From Octopus sinensis (lineage: Eukaryota), in contig NC_043003.1 of assembly GCF_006345805.1 (NCBI RefSeq), positions 97,402,001 through 97,466,000 on the forward strand: a stretch of 64,000 bases of DNA, given 5' to 3'. Below the pieces are notes generated by a model that was given only the letters and a program-made list of their open reading frames with translations, was not told the DNA's origin and ran no database searches. This document shows, piece after piece, positions 60,365-64,000 of this stretch (position 1 is the stretch's first letter; each line of letters starts with the position of its first letter). The translations under genes and the position numbers were made by a program.

Positions 60365-60775
60365 ACAGTGAAATCTATTCACTGGTCACCGTAATTAGAA
60401 ATATTAAATTTCTAAATGTCTCAGAGACATGAGCGGTGACAGGACTACCACGTTATGTTGACATTATACAACCACTCTATCGCCCCACCACCGCTCGTCT
60501 CTTTGAGACATTTAGAAATTTAATATTTCTAATTAGTTTTAGAAATGTTATATATATATATATGACCTCGTGTGTATTGTTGGCAATTTTTTTTTCCTCC
60601 GTCTTCCCTTCCTTGGATCTTTCCTTTTCCTATATTTCCGACGAAGAGCTTCGCTCAAAACGTTAAATACTTCTTTCTTTCCTTTCCTGAGCATCCAATA
60701 ACACTATACTTGTTCCATGTCCTCACGTTGTAGTGTTTTTTCTTTGTGTTTTCATGTTTGGATTAACTTTATATA
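60365..60775 (+). mobile_element. Fold-back (60392-60535) plus Penelope-like element with hammerhead motif (60560-60775) in (TA)n
   Basis: Arms 60392-60438/60489-60535; second part homologous to 12225-12440. Confidence 0.7.
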
Positions 60776-61121
60776 TATAAGGTTGCCTCAAGAGATGAGA
60801 ATTTGTCAGGCCCAGCATCTGTAGAAAGAGCAATACAAGATTTTTCCTTGGTAATGTAGCAATCAAGTCTTTGTGCTGCTGCTGAAAGAGATAAGTTTAT
60901 CTTGACTCCATTGAAGCATGGTCTTAAGGTCTCTGTTCATGGATTTCAAGAGTAAAAGATTATGGGAGAGTGAAGCAGACTACATAAAAGTGTTTAAAGT
61001 GAGGTGGCATAAACACACACAATGTGTGTGTGTGTGTTTTCCTGCTTAATGTTGAACAAATGAGAAAGGAGTGCTCCATACACAGTGCAGACGATAAGGT
61101 TTCTATCATAACTGAAGCTGG

Positions 61122-61345
61122 AACGGCGGCGAGCTGGCAGAATCGTTAGCACACTGGACGAAATGCTTTGCGGTATTTCGTCTGCTGTTACGTTCTGAGT
61201 TCAAATTCCGCTGAGGTCGACTTTGCTTTTCATCCTTTCAGGGTCGATTAAATAAGTACCAGTTACGCACTTGGGTCGATGTAATCGACTTAATCTGTTT
61301 GTCCCCTCTGTGTTTAGCCCCTTGTGGGCAATAAAGAAATATATT
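61122..61345 (+). mobile_element. SINE family D
   Basis: Match to D consensus. Confidence 0.9.
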
Positions 61346-61397
61346 ATAACTGAAGCTGAGAGTTTTAATAAAAACTGTATATATATATATATATATA

Positions 61398-61590
61398 CTT
61401 TATTTAAAGGAGCAGAAAATTCTACAAAACCTGTTACTCTGAGTTTCGCGTTGCCGTTCATCGTAAAACTCAGAGTAAGAGGTTTTGTAGAATTTTCTGC
61501 TGCTTTAAATAAAGCATATTACTCTACCACTGGTATTTGAGTACTCTTTTTTTCCACCTTGTTTCACATTTATGTGTTTACTCCGGTATA
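61398..61590. mobile_element. (TA)n-embedded hairpin element
   Basis: Arms 61398-61446/61466-61513, then about 75 bp unique, (TA)n on both sides. Confidence 0.7.
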
Positions 61591-62867
61591 TATATATATA
61601 GATATATACTCTGACTTAATATTTAAACTGGTTCCAAATGTTCAACCATTAGGTAAAAGATACTGAAATAAGAGGTGACATTACACAGAAATAATGCTAC
61701 ATTGTTGCAGAGTGGGGCTGATGAAATTTGACATAAAACAATTTTTAAAGTGTTAAATATAGAAGCAATAAAATAACAGTTTCAACCTAACTAATTCATC
61801 CATTCATTTATTTTTCCATTTACTATTCCTGCGAGGGTTGTGGTGAGGTAATCTTCAGGCATTTCCTCCTTATGAGTCTTATCAAAAGCAACCAGCATTA
61901 CATTTTCTGGTTAGATTGACTGAGACTATGTCTATTATCTAACCATCTCACATTCTTGCTCTGCTCCTAAGTCCCCTAATATTTTACTCAACTTAAAGAA
62001 TTTGTTTTACAATTCTTTCATGCAAATATCCAGTCATATCTCAAGTGCTGTGATTTGAATAAATCCTTTACAATCACTGAATGATTCTGTGTTGTTCCTT
62101 TTGGGTTCATCACCCTAAATGGTATCACCCTTTGCATTTCATACAGTTGAAGAAGGAATCTCTTTATCCCCATTACAAATGCATCAAGAGTTTCTTGTTT
62201 CCATCACAGCATTTTTTATTTTTTTTATAAATTTCATGATTTTAGTATTTAGATATATTTAGACCTGCAGAAATCCTACTTAATTCAAAATTTGCATCTT
62301 GGGACTCGAAAATCTTAATTAATTGCTTTTTGAGTATGTGAAAAGGCGTCTTTGATCTTTTAAGAATGAAAGAATAAGCAGGAGCTTCCATTGTGAAATT
62401 TTCAACTTTTTAATAATGCTTGAATTAATTCAAAAGTTTTAAGAAAGAGTTGCAGAAAGACTGAAAACAGTGAACATGCTCATCAACATGCAAATTAAAT
62501 GAACAAAGACTCAGATGCAATGTGATAATTAAATTTTTTACTTTTACAGTTTAAGAAAAGCATCATAAAAACAGATTTTGTTAAGAGAAGTATTACTATA
62601 TATCTATATTTGTTACCAAATGACATTTAAAAATTTATCTAAAACAAGTCTCAATTTAAATTACCTTAGTCACATATACTTTACATAAAATATACTTAAG
62701 AAATGTTCCTACATTTTTTATGAAGAAAATTAAAGTTTATAAAAAAATTGTTCAACTATAAAAATCAAACTGGTAAAGACAGCTCAGAACTCTGAGTTTC
62801 ATATTGGAGATGACAACAGATCAGGGCAAACATGAAGATACATTGTGCTGTGCAGGCCTTTTTTAAA

Positions 62868-64000
62868 ATCATCATCATTTAACATTTGTTGCCCATGCTG
62901 GCATAGGTTAGACAGTTTGACCAGGGGTGGCAAGCTGGAAGGCTGCATCAGACACCAGTCTGATTTGGCATGAATTCTACAGCAGGATGCCCTTCCTAAT
63001 GCCAACCAATCCAAGAGGAACATTTGTGTGACACTAGTATCTGCCACAACTGCGATTTTGCTTGGTTTGATGGGACTTCTTCTCAAGCACAGCATAATGC
63101 CAAAGGTCTGTCATTGCCTCCATGAAGCCACTTGCTTGAAAAGTACTCACCTGCATGAGGCCCAACACGCGAAAGGAACTCACCTGCGTGAGGCCCAATG
63201 CTTGAAAGGAGCTTGCCTGCGTGAGGCTCAATGCTCGAAAGGAACTCACCTGCATGAGGCCCAATGCTCGAAAGGAACTCGCCTGCGTGAGGCCCAACGC
63301 TCGAAAGGAACTCACCTGCGTGAGGCCCAACGCTTGAAAGGAACTCGTCTCCTTGAGACCCAAAACTCGACAGGTCCTCTTTATATGCCACCAGCGCAAG
63401 TGCCAGTTACATGACACCAGCCTCAGCCACGACTATAATTTCACTTGGCTTGATGGGTCTTCTCAAGCACAGCAAAGGTCTCAGTTGCTAGTTACTGTCA
63501 TACCTCGTCCCATGTCTTCCTGGGTCTACCTCTACCACAGGTTCTTTCCAAGGCTAGGGATCGGCACTTCTTTACATAGCTGTCTTCGTCCAGACACATC
63601 ACATGACCATACCAGTGAAGTTGTCTCTCTTGCACACCACATCTGATACCTCTTATGCCTAAGTTTTCTCTCAAGATGTTTACATTGTCGAAAAATGTAC
63701 ACTGACATTGCACAGTCAGTGAAGCATACTAGCTTCATTTCTTTCAAGCCTACGCATGTCCTTGGCTGTTACAGCTCATGTTTCACTGCAATGTAGCATA
63801 GCTGTTCGCACACAGGTATCATACAATCTGCCTTTCACTCTGAGAGAGGACCTTTGTTGCCAGCATTGGCAAGAGCTCTCTGAACTTTGCCCAGCCTAAT
63901 CTTATTCTCACAGCTACGCTCTTGGAGTATCCACTTCCACTACTAACTTGGTTGCTTAGATAATGGAAGCTATCTACTACCTGTAGCTTACCCCACTGGC
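62868..64000 (-). mobile_element. RTE-clade LINE 3' part (runs off window)
   Basis: Minus ORF 63498-63713 …ERQLHWYGHV…CGRGRPRKTWDEV; 3' UTR and (GAT)n tail toward 62868. Confidence 0.9.
63138..63368. repeat. 33-bp minisatellite, 7 units, in RTE 3' UTR
   Basis: GAAAGGAACTCACCTGCGTGAGGCCCAATGCTC-type units. Confidence 0.92.

Overview
AT-rich, repeat-dense animal genomic DNA. The repeat families and (TA)n/(CATA)n load point to an octopus genome (inference, no database search possible). The window holds one protein-coding gene: a 12-exon ceramide-kinase-family gene (CERK/CERKL-like; PH domain plus DAGK catalytic domain) on the + strand, 7283-54481, about 511 aa. All 11 junctions I assembled are GT-AG and phase-compatible; the 5' end is uncertain. 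Introns and flanks contain four tRNA-derived SINE families, RTE, CR1-like and Tx1-like LINE relics, a Penelope GIY-YIG relic, and small DNA elements with Merlin, piggyBac, CACTA-type, Helitron and Tigger-type ends. The most interesting signals are: (1) short Penelope-like elements sitting in (TA)n/(CATA)n microsatellites that carry a minimal hammerhead-ribozyme motif with stem covariation and fold back into hairpins at a different point in each copy; (2) a ~3 kb higher-order (100/200 bp) satellite grown inside the 3' UTR of a single RTE copy; (3) a double inverted-duplication rearrangement at 27.1-28.9 kb. Nearly all ORFs in the supplied track are microsatellite or repeat artefacts.
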